Shown: in pieces, positions 1-14,809 of the stretch | Position numbering within the stretch: position 1 is the stretch's first letter | Layout of the letters: the number at the start of each line of letters is the position of its first letter | Made by a program: the position numbers and the translations under genes | Assembly: GCF_006345805.1 (NCBI RefSeq) | Contig: NC_042998.1 | Location: 183,086,001 to 183,150,000 of the forward strand | Length of the DNA: 64,000 bases | Source of the DNA: Octopus sinensis | Taxonomy: Eukaryota | Reading direction: 5' to 3' | The notes under the pieces: generated by a model | Told to the model about the DNA's origin: nothing | The model's database searches: none | The model's input: the letters and a program-made list of their open reading frames with translations, nothing else

Positions 1-317
1 CAGTTGTCTCACTAGGAAGATGGTATTCTTGGTACCTTTTCGCAGCACAAAGCCAAACTAAATTCATTTAGCTATCAATCAGGTTATAATTCTTCAAATT
101 TCATAATCTGTTTCATCAATTTGATCATATTATATATATATAAAACTTAGAAAAAAAAACACCTTTTATCAATTCAAAATGAACAATTAAATTACACCAA
201 CTAGAAAATTACATATAATAGAAATATATATATATATAATAATAATAATAATAATTTGAGGGAATATTATTTCTAAATTGAATTTTTCCCCGTCAGTTAG
301 GAATAATATTCCCTCAA

Positions 318-319
<2 letters not shown>

Positions 320-368
<49 letters not shown>

Positions 369-435
369 GCATGCATGCATACATACATACATACATACAT
401 ACATACATACATACATACATACATACATACATACA

Positions 436-468
<33 letters not shown>
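320..468. repeat. (TTA)n-(TA)n-(TACA)n microsatellite
   Basis: Direct reading. Confidence 0.95.
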
Positions 469-1929
469 TATACTTGATAAGCTTATTGTATATAGTGTTC
501 AGGTGCACTACAACTTGTCATAAAAGAGGAGACAGAAAACAGCAATAAGTAAAGAAATCAGCAATAATAGCTTAAAGCAGATGCAGAGCCCACAGAATAA
601 AACACCTAAACACAGAATTGTAAATGGTAGCATGGAATTTTTGAAGAATGTAGTATCTTGACAGCTAACAACTAATGTAAATAGCTTATTCTATTTTGAA
701 CATAACAAAAAATGTTTCCAAAAGTCATGGGTGCTGTGTTAATTTTTTGATGTATCAAACATGTTCCCAAGTAATAAAGATGCTGGATCATAAAAGGTGA
801 CCAAGGTTGTTGTTGGAAAGATAGTGGATAATGTTATGGGGTTTTTTGCCAAGTCACTTACTAAACATTGAAGCTTTAGTGTGTCAGTGCCCAGAGAAGC
901 AAAGGTCCAAGAATTTGAGAATTTTTCTTTGATAATTTAACTGATTTTCTCAATACAGATCAGGACAATGGCAAAAGAATTAAGTAAAGATGAGTTTTTT
1001 TTTAAGTATCAAAATTAACCCTTTCCAAGCAATGCAAACTTGTCTGATTTTTGGAATTTTATACATGTATATATATAATATATACATGTGTGTGTACATA
1101 TATATGTATACACACACACACACACACAAATATATTAATATATATACATACACAAACATAACCACACACTGTATCAAATTTCATGTATGTATATAGATAG
1201 GAGAGAAACGGTTATCCCTCTATAAGTCAAGGTTTTTCTTTTTAAATTCTAGTTTGTATTGTGTATTGTCCAAAAATGTTGATCGCCTGATCTTGTTGGA
1301 CTTATCTCCCTTAATTATTGCTGTTTAGATCTTAAACATCTCCAGAGACAGATAGTGTCTCTCATAACAAGGATAATCTTAATTAATTGAAGTTTTTCAA
1401 CTCTTTATATTACACATCATGAGACTCTATCATACGTATGCAAATAAGTTGTCAAGCAAATATACATACATTTTGTGTAAATGTTTTTTAGCACATATTC
1501 ATGTAATCACATAAACAAATTTGATATCACAGCATTATCTTTCTCAAAGACTTTCTCCATTCTTTTCTCTTGCCACCCCAACTATATTCTTCCATCTCTT
1601 AATATATTCTAGATACTTGCTTATTCTGTTGTTTCTCATTGTTTCTTGGCAAGACAACTTTTGCATTTCCATCAGTGTTCATCTGGGGATTTGGTTATAT
1701 TGCTTGGTGATTCCTTTCTTTCTTTTTAAGCTATTTTATAGAAAACCTCAATGCTTAAGTAATATCTAATGTATTCCTAATCTTTTGCACATTTTCAGCT
1801 TTCAATTGACTTCTGGAAAAAATATTTGCTTGGTGCTTTCTGGCTTTATCTTATCTCTCTTCACTCCTCTCACCACATTCTCTCTTCCTCATTCTCTCAT
1901 TCTCCATCTGCTTAAACATTTTTGTGAGT

Positions 1930-1959
1930 TGACTTTTGTATATATATACATATATAAAG

Positions 1960-2008
<49 letters not shown>

Positions 2009-2396
2009 TATATACATGTATATATATATATATACATGATAGATCACTAACCACTAAACCTTTTTTTATTTTCTCTCTCTGTTTACTTTTTTGTTCCTTT
2101 TTGTCAAAGAGCATAGGCTCGAAACATAAACGACTTTCTCACTTCCCAAGCGTTGAACCAGTACATCTGTTTGTTGTTTACACATCTTTTTTTTGTAAAT
2201 TCTCACTATATGCATACATACATTTATATATATATATGTATATATATACATATATATGTACACACATATATACATATATATATATAAATATATATGTATA
2301 TATATGTGTGTATATATATATATGTGTGTGTGTATACATATATATGTATATATATATATATACATATATAGAGAGATAGAGATATATACATATATG

Positions 2397-2443
<47 letters not shown>

Positions 2444-2603
2444 GCATATATATGTGCATACATATATATATGCATATATATGTGCATATATGTGCATACA
2501 TATGTATATGTAAAAATGTGTATGCATATAAATGTGCATATATGTGTATACATATATATGTATATATGTGTATACATACATATATATATGTTTGTGTGTA
2601 TAC

Positions 2604-2645
<42 letters not shown>

Positions 2646-2816
2646 GGATGTACATATATGTATATATATGTATATATATGTATATATATATGTATATATA
2701 TATGTATATATATATGTATATATATATATACATATATATGTACATATATGTATATACATATATGTACATATATGTATATACATATATATACATATATGTG
2801 TATATATATATATATT

Positions 2817-2847
<31 letters not shown>

Positions 2848-2865
2848 CTGTGTGTGTATGTATTT
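1930..2865. repeat. Compound TA/CA/TG/GA microsatellite block, interrupted by the Penelope-type fragment
   Basis: Direct reading; source of the IY/MY-rich spurious ORFs. Confidence 0.95.
2060..2212 (+). mobile_element. Penelope-type terminal repeat fragment with a decayed hammerhead (2096-2133)
   Basis: Shares aagagcataggctcgaaac and downstream sequence with the 7538-7680 copy. Core reads TTGTCAA and stem III ACAT. Confidence 0.6.
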
Positions 2866-5800
2866 GCATATAGGTTCATGTGTGCATTGTTTTGCTGTGT
2901 ATTTTTATTTTAGTTTTTCAATCAACTACAGGGTTAAATCAGGTATTGTCTACTATTTTACTGCTTTATTTTTTTTGTATTTCTGTTATTTGTCTTTCAT
3001 GATACCCTGACACAAACACCAGATTACTGGAAAGCAATTATTGTAGGATTTGAACTCAGAAGAGTGGTTTATCAAACTAGATACCATAAAGAACCTGGTT
3101 TAACTCAAAACAATCATTTCCTACCTCTTTTTCATCTCTATCTGTGTGTTTGTGTGTGTGTGTAACTGTTTGTTACTTCAACAGTTCCTTACACACAAGA
3201 AGATTTCTTCCATCTGACATTACATTACCAAACTATTGCCTCTCTCTTCATCTGTAATCTACTTTTAAAGGTCAGTCATACTTGACTCCATATGTCAGCA
3301 TAATCACTATATCCATTCATAAACAGAAAGTAAGCTCTCTCTCTCTCGCTCTCTCTCTTTCTTTCTCTCCCTCTCTCTCTTACACACACACATCCACACA
3401 CATTGGAGCACTAAGTTCATTATACTAACATTTTCTTCACTGAATTAAACTCTGCCCTTCAAAATTATAGATTGAAATAGCTTCTTGTAATATTTATATT
3501 TTATAATTCTCCAAGCAAAACCCCTCCCAGACCCATTCATTTAAACCTTTCATAGTATTTATCCATGGTGGATTTAAAAGAAATTAATCATTATTATTTC
3601 ATTATATACCTCATTGTCATCTACATCATGATTACATCATCACCATCCTCATCATAATTGGTTTAATATCTATTTCTCCAAGATGTTCTACTGATTCAGT
3701 TTCACAACTTCATTTTAATTTTTGACCTATTTTCTCCAAGTGTCTAATATGTCAAGAAAAGTTTACACCTAGAATCCATTATTCACCATCTATTTGGATC
3801 AGATTCTTTTTAATGAATTGATTGATCAATTATTCCTGTAAACATCAGCCATTGATTTTGGTCACAATTTGCTTTCTCAATTCATTTATATACAACCTGT
3901 CTCTCAAGTTTACATTGCATACATTCACCTGACCTTATTGATTTTTCTCCTGGTTCTCAGTATTTTCTGTCTCTAATTATCACACTTTTTGAAATATTCA
4001 TTGATAAACTGTGCCTTCCAGAGACAGGATCCACTTATCACTACAGGAATAAAGTTTCTTCACCCAGTTTCAGTTCATTTCATATCCTAAACTTTGTGCC
4101 ATACATAGTTCCCCTCTTAACACTTAGAATGTTATCTAGTTATAGAGCTTATCTATTACCCTCTGAGAATCACTTGAACCTGTTATAATCTACAATCCTT
4201 TGCTTCTCATAGTGTTTAGCTACACCAGTACATGTTGCCTATTTAAAAGTTTGATTTCTTGTACAACTCACAGTGACTGAATAATACTGAATGCTTGTCT
4301 ACTTATTTTCTGAGAATGACCATTTCCTCTTGATACCACTAGATTTTGGACTTTTTATTACTACCTCACTCAAAACCAATTCTTCCACTAAACTCCTCTA
4401 CAGCAAGAAACCTGTCCCCTTCTTCTCTGGCCCTTTCTTTCATACATCTCCTAGCATAAAGTTGCCTTCATCTCTACTGTTGCCCTATACAGTCAAAAGG
4501 GATATTAGGCTTGTAATCTTCATACCAACCTCACTTGTGCTGGTTCCTCAAAAAAACAGGACTCAGTATACTCTATAAAGTGGTGGCATTAGGAAAGATA
4601 TTTAGCCAGAGAAATCATGCCAAAGCAGATATTGGAGAAATCTTCAGATCTGTTGAGTCCAGGCAAACCTGTGAAAATATGGAATATGGACAGTAAAAGA
4701 AAAAGGAAGGAGGAGAAGGATGGGATGGTGATCATGAAGAAGAATATTGTCTACCTTTCAGAAAATCTTATTTATATTGCTGCAGCCAAGGATGAAAAGC
4801 ATTTGAATCATTTAATTTTAACATAATCTAAGAACCATCCAAAATGTAAGCCACATATGGAAGAACTAATTGTAATCGGAAGGGATTTTCTTTTACTTTG
4901 ATTTAAGGTGCTAAAATAAAAATATGTCACCCTTATCATGACCTGTTTGGATTCCTTGTGGAACATAAGACCACTCTTGCAGTTTTCATATGCGTTCTGT
5001 CTTATGTGTTTCTTTGCAATGGGTTCCATATCAATTTGGTCATTTTCAGTTCCTCTTCTGCCAATCTCCATCAGGCGATCCATGACAAACGTCTTGTCTT
5101 CCTTCACCTGTCTGACCTCCAATTTAAGCTAGCTTTTTAGTTTCCTTAACATGTCTTGCTATTTGTAGGTCAATGGGTTCTTATTTGGTTATGTCCCATA
5201 GGTCTCTGTTGCTTATAGTTAATGTCTAGAATGTTTTTGAGACCTCATTGTCAGGCAGAGGGATTATGTGTTGATGGGGGCCAATGCAGAGACTAAATAC
5301 CCTTGCAGTGGTGGATGCTGTGAAAGTGGCATAGGAAAAGTTGTCAACTGCTGTTGATGCTGTCAACAACCAATGATAATGATAAAAGTCAGTATTCATG
5401 AAGACTACAGCTACCACTACTAATAATAATAATAATGATGATGATGATGAAAATAATAATAATAATAATAATAATAATCACTTGTAATTTGATTAAGAGA
5501 AGGTATCACATCATAGAAACCCCTTTCTTTTAATATTTCTTTTGCTATATTTTCAAATATACTACATAACCAACAAGTCTGGTTTTTTTCCTCCCTCTTC
5601 TTATTTTCCTCTTTTCCTCTTCTTAGATACCTCTTAACCATATGAAGACTTGGTTTATCTAGAGTGGAATATTAACTAATGTTGATTATCTTTTACATTT
5701 CCTAACCTGTTATCTCGCTCTTCCTCTTCAACCTCTTTTCCTGTAATTTGTTTTCCTTCGTATGATAACATTTTACTTTATTTCTGACTTTAAACTGCTG

Positions 5801-5883
5801 TTGTTTGCTTTTATAAACATGACTTCTCTTTTCTATGGCTTAAGAATAGCTGATTTATTATTCAAACTTCTTAACAAAATATT

Positions 5884-5933
<50 letters not shown>

Positions 5934-6343
5934 ATACACAAAGTCTCTGCCTCCCATTATCTCCCTTCATTGCTTTTTTAACTTTAATAAATTTTTCATT
6001 TACTTTTCTCCAAACTCTTTGTTTAATATTTGGTGTTCCATTAAAAGATAAAGCAATGTTAACAATCTTGGGTATATGTATGTGTGTGCATTTCATACAT
6101 ACATGTATAGTAAATTTGTATCTATACCTAGTTCTCTCTCTTCTTCTCTTCCTTTTATATTTATATATATGTGTATGTGTGTCCATGTGCGAGTGTGAAT
6201 GTGTTTGTATGGTGTGAAATGTTCAGCTCACTGTGATGTGTATTATCTCTAAACTTTTTAGCTTATGTTTGTATATTGTACAAACATAAGCATATTGTAA
6301 GATTTCTTATTCTTCAAAGACTATGAAACAAGGATATTCTGTT

Positions 6344-6399
<56 letters not shown>

Positions 6400-6612
6400 T
6401 CTCTCTTTCTCTCTCTCTCTCTCTCCCACCCCATATATACATGTATGCGTATGTGCATATATGTATGTATGTACATATATTTATAACTGGATTTGTTTAT
6501 TTTCTGTTCACCTTATTGAATCCCTCTAATGTATTAATATTCCCCTCCCCTAACTACATCACTCTCTCCCCCTCCCTCTCTAATTATATGTATACATACA
6601 CGTGTATATATT

Positions 6613-6838
6613 GACCTTTGGCAATTTGCTGTACTTGAGAAGACACATCAAGCCTAGTGAAATTGTTGTGTGGCCAATGCCAGTGACACATAAAAGGCAT
6701 CCAGTACCCTCCACAGAGTGGTTGACATTAGGAATGGTATCCAACCATAGAAACCAAGCCAAATCAGGCTTACCAATTCAAGTCAAATCATCTAACTTAT
6801 ACTAGCATGAAAAGCAGGCACTAAATGATGATGATGAT
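6613..6838 (+). mobile_element. RTE-tailed SINE/LINE 3' end with (GAT)n tail
   Basis: cattaggaatggtatccaaccatagaaac...actaaatgatgatgatg; an antisense relative lies at 12050-12230. Confidence 0.65.
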
Positions 6839-7278
6839 ACATCCACACACATATATTTACACTCATACACACGCGCGCGCAAACACAGAGTAATCTGTGT
6901 ATCATATTTAAAGCAGATACATCATGGAAAGCCTAATTAACTGTGATATTCACCCTGTGATAGTATTTCCAATTGATGTACAGTGTTAAAAATCACAAAA
7001 ATATATCAGTAGCAGACAAAAATAGTCCAGCAATTTGGTGGTATTGCTACCTTTGCTTTTCTGCTTCTTTGGCCTTATCACTAGCAAGTATCTACTGGCA
7101 ATCACATACTATGTCAAAATCTGTGTATATTGATATAGTAAAACAGTGATTGAAAGATTATTGATGCTGCAGTATGTGATGAAAGCAGTATTAGTTCAAA
7201 ATAGCAATCTTTATAGGATACTTAAAGGAGATAGTATCTCTTTACAGTACTATCTTTCTCACTCTTTCTCTCTCTGTG

Positions 7279-7350
<72 letters not shown>

Positions 7351-7476
7351 AAAAAAAGTCAAGATAGAAAATGCTAAAATAATTTTATAAAAACATTTCA
7401 GTACCGGTTTGAGTCATTGAGACTTTTTCAACTGTAACAATTAAACAATTAAATTTAGAAAAATTAAAAGAAAAGA

Positions 7477-7536
<60 letters not shown>

Positions 7537-7537
7537 G

Positions 7538-7678
7538 GAAAGTTTATGAAAATAAATGAAAGACGAAGGCAGGTGGAGTACAAACAAACAAATGTATTAG
7601 TATAGCGCTCAGGAATAGAAAAAGTCTTTTACGTTTCGAGCCTATGCTCTTCAACAGAAAGATACACAGAAAAAAACA

Positions 7679-7680
<2 letters not shown>
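7538..7680 (-). mobile_element. Penelope-type terminal repeat fragment with a minimal hammerhead variant at 7626-7663
   Basis: Minus strand reads TCTTT-CTGTTGA-A-GAGC ATAG GCTC-GAAA-CGT-A-AAAGA: perfect stems I and II, loopless palindromic ACGT stem III, A6 replaced by U. Related copies at 2060 and 19345. Confidence 0.65.
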
Positions 7681-7711
<31 letters not shown>

Positions 7712-10448
7712 ACAAGAAGAGAGATTATCATCTATACTATGGCCACAGTGAGAGAACTCAAGTACTAGTCTACAGGACCAGGACAATATATAGTATATCT
7801 ATACTTATACATATTGTTGTAGTATAGATGTCATTATATGACGATAAGGTGTCCAGAATTAATGCCTCTCAGGATGGGCAGTATCTGTTTTAATGTCCAT
7901 TTATGTTCATTTATTTTTAAAAGCTATTCAAGGTGTAAATCAATGTATAGCAGCCTCTTTTTATTAAGGTAGTACATAAGACTGCATATATATTGTATTC
8001 TCAGAGTTTTATAGTAATTACAAGCAATCGTCTTAACTCATGGGAATTAAAGGACACCTGTTTTCCAACCAAATAGGTTCAAGAAAACTATAATCCAAGA
8101 TCTATAAGCAGTTTCTTCTAAATCCTGCATTACATGAACAGAATATAATGAAAGCTTTCTTTCATTATGAAAAATAATTGATTATAAGATGTAGGCTTTA
8201 TTTCAGTAGCTACAGCTATTACTGAAAGCTGACATTGATATATGTCAGGTTTAAGACCTTTTAAAATAACAGTCTGAAAATAACAAACTTTTTGATGGCA
8301 TATACGCTTTCTTCTTTATTTTATTAATAATATAAATCTGTCTATGAAAGATGAAAAAGTGTTTAACAGTTTAGATTGATGCTTCAGGTTAAGTTTTTGA
8401 ATTGAAAAAATGTGTTTGTAAATATAATGTTGAAACAAATGTAAGTTTTTGTATACAGATGATGTTATATAAAATAATAATCAGGCATGTTATCATAAAA
8501 TAAATGTTGAATCAAACAAAATTTCTTTACATGTAAAAATAGTTTTGTCCTCCAGTAATTATTGATCTCTTTAAAAAGCCAAGCTCGACCCAGCATAGAA
8601 ATTAGTTACAATATCTAGAATTATTCACCCTCCATAGTCACAAATATTCTGTTTATTGATTTCCAGCCTTACCACACATACAATCTCCTGTACACTAGCA
8701 AGCTCTTTTAAATCATCTATAATGACTATAAGAATCTCTGCTCATGTATAAATGTTCATACTATTCTACTTCTAAACATCACACTCAATCATATTTTACG
8801 TGTTTTGTTGCTACATCCATTTTATCTCTCTTAAGGCACCTTTCTTCCTAAAACCATGTTTATCTCTTTGGATAGTTCCTCCCACTCATATTTACAGCCA
8901 ATTACTAACTGTCAACACTTCACATGAAATATCAAACAAATTAATCTTATTTAATCATCCAATTCCCCCATGTCGGAAATTCCACCAAGATATTAAGTAC
9001 CACATTTCCTGCCTTGAGCTATGCCGAGATATAAATTTATATTTGTAGAAAGTATTTTACTAGCTTTGAATTAACTGCATAGTTGTCAGTATGACTTAGT
9101 TGCTAAAACATCAAGTTCCTGAGTAAAATATTTAGTTCCCTCTTGGATAATTAAACCTATTTGAAGCTATTTTTGCTTTGGAATTGAGATTTATCTGTAC
9201 TTTTAAAATGAAAAAATGTTGCAAGATTAAATTTATTATCTTTCAAAAGAATTTCTTATTTTTGAATATTTAGAGCCATGTTTAAATATTTCAGTAAAAT
9301 TCTGTAAAAGTCTGTTTAAAATTTAACATTTTATTTTCTAGAATATGCTAAATATGCTTTGAAATGGTTAACTTATAAAAACTTGTTATGACACTTTATG
9401 TCAATGACTTATAATAGAATAAATAGATATTAATAGAGATTACTTTAGTTTCCAACACATAATGATCTAGTAAACAGGAAACTTGATTAAAAGTGAATAA
9501 AATCACTATGGCTTTTTAAACATTCTCTTACAACAATCAACAATATTGATCTAAATTAAATATTTTTGCTATAGACATATCTTGGAAATTTATGCTATTA
9601 CCATTCTTCAAAGCAACTTCAGAATTATTTTATTTCACTAAATTTAAATCATAAGTGTAAAATAATGGTTTGTGTTATAACATTTTGCACTGAACAAAAT
9701 TTTATTGCTAGTTTCATATCTCTTCTAAAGAGCAAACCATAATAAAACTGAAGTCAATTTTTCTAAGCATTTAATGAAATTCATTAAAAATTTCATTTGT
9801 GGTGGAGAGGCTGTTTAAAAAAGCAATAAATCACAAGTAAATAATTATGAAGCTGTTAATCTTCTGACACTGACTAATCCCAATCAACAGAAAATTCGGT
9901 GACATACAGTGGTGGAGCTGGTATTCTCATCACACTTTAACCTTTATTAAATCATTAATATATTGCATTACTTCTCATTCTGTTTGTAGTGGTTTCTGTT
10001 GTTTAACCCCAGATTGTCTCTAGTCAACCAGAGCTATGATCAAAGGCATTCTAGCAGTTGTCCATCACTTCTTTTTTTTTTTTAGCAGTGTTTACCCAAA
10101 GACGTATTACCCAAAACGTCCTTCCTAGGAAGATGTGATATGATGGAACTTTGGTTGCTATTTCTAGCTAGTCAAGTGACTACAGAGAAGCTTTCTTGTT
10201 AATTTGTATGTGTAGTAGTTAAAAATTTGACTGCGACAAACAAATCAACACGATTACTGACTAATGTTTAAAAAAAACTCTGGCAGGAAAGTCAACATTA
10301 ATTCAACCTGTATATAAGAATCAGCATAGATGCCAAATAAATTCAGTTCTTGAAAATGAGACTGTTAAGATCTGGAAATGTTGAATATGAATTTAGAGTC
10401 TTTATTACCTCAAAATAATTATTTAAAAAAATGAATAACAGAAAATAT

Positions 10449-10679
10449 TTAAACCTTTAGCATTTAAACCGGCCATATCCAGCCAAAATATTCTCCTTTG
10501 TTTTATGTTCAAATTGGCCAGATCTGGCCTCTCACACCAGCCCTACTATATAATTCTAAAAATGAATAGTTACTTCATCAAAATCTCAAAGCTACAAGAT
10601 AATGCAGGATTAATTTAAAATAATGTGAATAAATAAGTATTACTTTTGACAGAATAACATGAATATGAAAGGGTTAAAT
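10449..10679. mobile_element. TTAA-flanked MITE (piggyBac-like termini)
   Basis: ttaaaccttt ... aaagggttaa terminal inverted repeats. Confidence 0.55.
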
Positions 10680-11237
10680 TTAAAAAGATATAACTTGAAC
10701 ACAGACATGTATTTAATGAACCACGCGTTTTTTATATATTCATACACACACACACACACGTGTGTGTGTGTGTGTGTGTAGGTATAGGTATATATTTGGG
10801 TATGGGTAAACTTGTTTTGTCTTTGTATATATTGGGTGTTGTTTTATCATCAATAAATTGTGTGATTGCTACTGAATGGACCAAATATGCTGATGTCTGC
10901 TCAATTTATTCTATATTTTAAAATGTGTTATAGTGTTATCCACAGAATAAAGCATGGGCATGTTACATTCAGTCTCCAATATATTCTGTCATTTATATCA
11001 TATTGTGCATCCTTGATTTTTATCAGTTTACTCTCATCTTCAACTATTTTCTTTCTTCTCTTTTTTTTTTATACTATTGGGTTTTTTTCTTGTTAATTTC
11101 CAATATTTTCACAGAAAGCATGCTAGAAAACTAGTTTCTTTTCTATGTCTGTAACTATATATTGCTGTCAATTTTTTTTTTCTCTCTCTCTCTTTTAATA
11201 TCAAATATTTCTACATTATAAATAAAACCTACTTCAG

Positions 11238-11250
11238 CAATTAATGACAG
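11238..11250 (+). CDS. Candidate 13-nt Slo1 microexon (CAATTAATGACAG; phase 1 to 2 reads xIND-R/S)
   Basis: Acceptor acttcag, strong donor CAG|gtaaat, upstream pyrimidine tract. Joined to 46312 it gives NDR-PTS, resembling the NRPTS linker motif recalled from Drosophila Slo. Confidence 0.35.
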
Positions 11251-11258
11251 GTAAATGC

Positions 11259-11259
<1 letters not shown>

Positions 11260-11306
<47 letters not shown>

Positions 11307-11329
11307 CATCATTATTATCATTATTATTT

Positions 11330-11373
<44 letters not shown>

Positions 11374-11388
11374 ATTATTATTATTATA
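11260..11388. repeat. (ATT)n microsatellite
   Basis: Direct reading. Confidence 0.95.
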
Positions 11389-12049
11389 TTCTTAGGTTAC
11401 TGAATTGCAAAATTAGTAAAACAAGGTACAAACTCTGTCTTGTGGTATTTAGTTACATCTCTTTGCATTATGAAGTCAACTCCTGGAAAGGTTGACCTTG
11501 CTTTTCTTCCTTCATAGGTTGGTAAAATAAAGAACTGGTCATGTACTGAGGTGGATTTCATAGACTTATATCCCTTCACAATTTGACCATGTACCTATTT
11601 CAAAAACCATTGTTATGCTGTGACTCTACATGAACACACTTTAATTATCAACTAAATTCCGAGTTTACTTGTCTAAGTTTCATGTCTCTATAAGAAATAT
11701 TTTCTTTATACTTTTCTTTTTTCTTTTTGTAAACAGACAAAATTTATAATAATTTTACATATTTTCTTAATGTAACAGTAACTGCTTGTGTATTTCTAAT
11801 ATTAAATTAATTCTTTTTAAATTATTGAATTTTATATTTTAAATATGTTGTTTTTTATTTTAATTATTTCAGTATTTTCTTATAACTGTTTCTTCTATCA
11901 TTTGTAATTCTTGAAATTTTTTTAAAGGTAGCTCTAATTTCCCATATCAAAATAAAGGCTTTTGTTGTTACCAATGATCTCCTGGGAGATCAAACTCCTG
12001 GTCAAATTTCCATCCGATTTGTAGCTATTCATTTCACTTATGTTACTAA

Positions 12050-12230
12050 TCATCATCATCATTTAACTTCCGTTGTCCATTCTGGCATGGGTTGGATGGT
12101 TTAACCAGGTTGGCATGCTGGAAGGCTGCACCAGACTCCAGTCTGATTTGACAGTTTTCCACAGCAGGCTGCCCTTCCTAACACCAACCATGCCAAGAGT
12201 GTAATAGGTGCTTTTACGTTCCACCATGCA
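12050..12230 (-). mobile_element. RTE-tailed SINE/LINE 3' end
   Basis: (CAT)n then ttaac...gcccttcctaacacc, reverse of the 6613 family. Confidence 0.65.
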
Positions 12231-12539
12231 CATGCATGTGTGTGTGTACACACATGTTAATGTATTTGTATTCATGTATGAGTATTGACTTATCCTGTCT
12301 ACAGTGGGAAAAGAAACCTTCAGATAGTTCAATACCAACCAGTGATTTACAACTTCATCTTTATCTATAACTCCTATGATGATATTGCGCTGATACTGCA
12401 CTTATTGTTCTGTTTTGTTTATGATCATTTTCACAAAGTATGCTGACACCAGGGTGCTTTTACATGCACCCAGCAAGGGTGCCAACTTGTGTGATACCAG
12501 TATCTGCTACAACTGTGATTTTGCTCAGCTTTATTTTTC

Positions 12540-13030
12540 ACAACATAATGCCAAAGGTCTCGTTCATTGCCTCCCTGAGGCCCAACACTCAAAAGGAACT
12601 CAGCCACTTTGCCACTGTGAAGCTCAATGATCAAAAGGTGTTCTTTACATGCCACCAGCACGGGTGCACTTGGTTTGATGGGTCCTGTCATCACCAAAGG
12701 TCACGGTCACTAGTCATTGTCTCTGTGAGGTTCAAAGATCATGCATCACCACTCCACCCCATGTTTTCCTGGGTCTACCTCTACCACAGGTTCCCTACAC
12801 AGTTAGAGATCAGCACTTCTCTACATAGCTGTCCTCATCTATACACATCACATGACCACACCAGTGCAGTTGTCTCTCTTGCATACCACATCTGATGCCT
12901 CTTATGCCTAACTTTTCACTTAAGTTGCTTACACTCTGTCGAACATGCACACTGACATTGCACAGTCAGCAAAGCATACTAGCTTCATTTCTTTCAAGGC
13001 TACACATTTGTGCACAGGTACAATAAACAC
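12540..13030 (-). mobile_element. RTE-clade LINE 3' remnant
   Basis: Minus strand reads GTCGRGRPRKTWGGVVMHDL and ERDLWHYVV, typical of RTE ORF C-termini; stops and frameshifts present. Confidence 0.7.
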
Positions 13031-14809
13031 TGAAAATGGGTAGAAAATAGACTCCATCAACTGCCAGGGGAACAAGCTACAGCTAAAGGCACAAACATAT
13101 CACAGCAATTAATTCTGCCCAAATTCTAAGATCAATAAGGTTAAGTTTTGCATTAATAAAAATTCCAAATTATAATTATTTGTAATTATAAGTAAAAGTC
13201 AAGAAGTTATCAATAAACTCAACTTATGACACTTGCTTGAAATTAATAAATTATTTATGCATTGATTGTTATCATTCAGTCCCAGATCAACCCTGATCAT
13301 ACAGGCTTGTGGTCAAAAACATTGAAGCCTTAATCACCCCACACACTTTTTTTTCTTTTCTCAGAATAACAGTAATCTCTAAGACTACATTATTCAATGA
13401 GTCCTTTATTTAAAATGGTAGGGTTTGATTTTAGATAGATGGTTATTTCTGGTTGACTGACTGATCAAATAGAGGTTCCTTCATTGGTTCTTTGTGAATC
13501 ATTGATTTTTGTGGTTGGACAAATGAAATTTTTGTTTTGTTGAATGTTATTTATAAACACTAGATATTCTGTTACTTTTTCTAAAAAGTGGTTGAATAAA
13601 ACTGAAATATATCGAATGTTATTCAAATAAGATTAATATCTAAAATCTTCTTAGTTGATCTGGTTTATAGATTTTTCAATCATTGCTCAAAAAGAAACTG
13701 ATATGATGATGACAACGATGATGATGATGATGACTATGACACTGGTGATCTGTTAGAAAGCACTGTCTATATTCAATGTTTAGTTTTATGTATTTACCCA
13801 CTCAACTGTCTGGATTTCATTTCTAGTCTTAACATTACAATGCTGCAAATGTTTTGAGATTTTTTTTAACATGAGAGAGAATAATATTTGATTACAAATA
13901 AAATAACTTCTTAATTTTATTTAAGGCTCATAAGCGTTACCTCAATATCTAACATGTCTTTTTAATTCCTAAGGATATTTTAAAATTGTTTTATGATAGC
14001 CTCAAGTTATTTGATCAGAAGTATCTCCAACTTATGTCAGTCAGTCTGGGCTATCTTTTAATCATGTCAATCAATTAGTTAGTCAAGGATACTGTCTTAT
14101 GCCTGTTGCTTAGAAATATCACCATCTTGTCAGTCAGAAATATTGCTACTTCATGTCAGTTGGTCAAAAGTATTGCAATCTGACAACAGTCAGTCAGGGA
14201 TATCGCCATCTGATACCAGCTGGTCAGATATTGCTATCTCACATCACATCAGTCATTCAAGGATATCTTCAGCTCATATTGGATGAGGTACACATAATGT
14301 ACACCAACCTGAAAACTCTGTTCCCCCTTTCCTAATATAATTCTTCATCATTATTCATTATTATTGCCAATGATCATAACTTTGGATCCAGTCAAATGTG
14401 ATGTCTGATATTGTGACTACTTTATGGAGATTAATTGAAAAGGACTTCATAATCGAAGTGTTTCACAATAACATCACTATTATAGCCCATGATGGGTATA
14501 AAATTTTCTAGATAATGTTATTACTTTTTTAACATCTAGCTTTTAATTGTGAACTTTGTGATGTAGTGGAAATTTTCATTAAATCACATCTACAACACTT
14601 TTTACTATTCTCAAACAGAAGTTTTACCTTTGAGAATATAATGGATATCTTAAGTGCCCATTTGTACTCCCTTATAATGTGTGATCACTAGAGGTTCAGT
14701 ACCCAAGTAACCAATCATTTATATTATGGTGAAGTTTATTATTACAACCACAGTATATTTTATGCAATGGTCTCAATAAGATTTATTCTAGATATAATAT
14801 CTTCTAAAT

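Noticed and set aside
278-3010. Long ORFs rich in IY/MY/CV (also at 17423-17992, 28897-29193, 59913-60521, 62325-62573)
   Set aside because: Translations of TA/TG/TACA microsatellites, not genes.
3650-5200. Possible degraded LINE endonuclease/ORF1 on the minus strand (similar at 50040-50480)
   Set aside because: Only faint motif resemblance; not supportable without a profile search.
5627-5652. Possible 26-nt exon after a strong pyrimidine tract
   Set aside because: Weak donor (gtttat) and stops in two of three frames.
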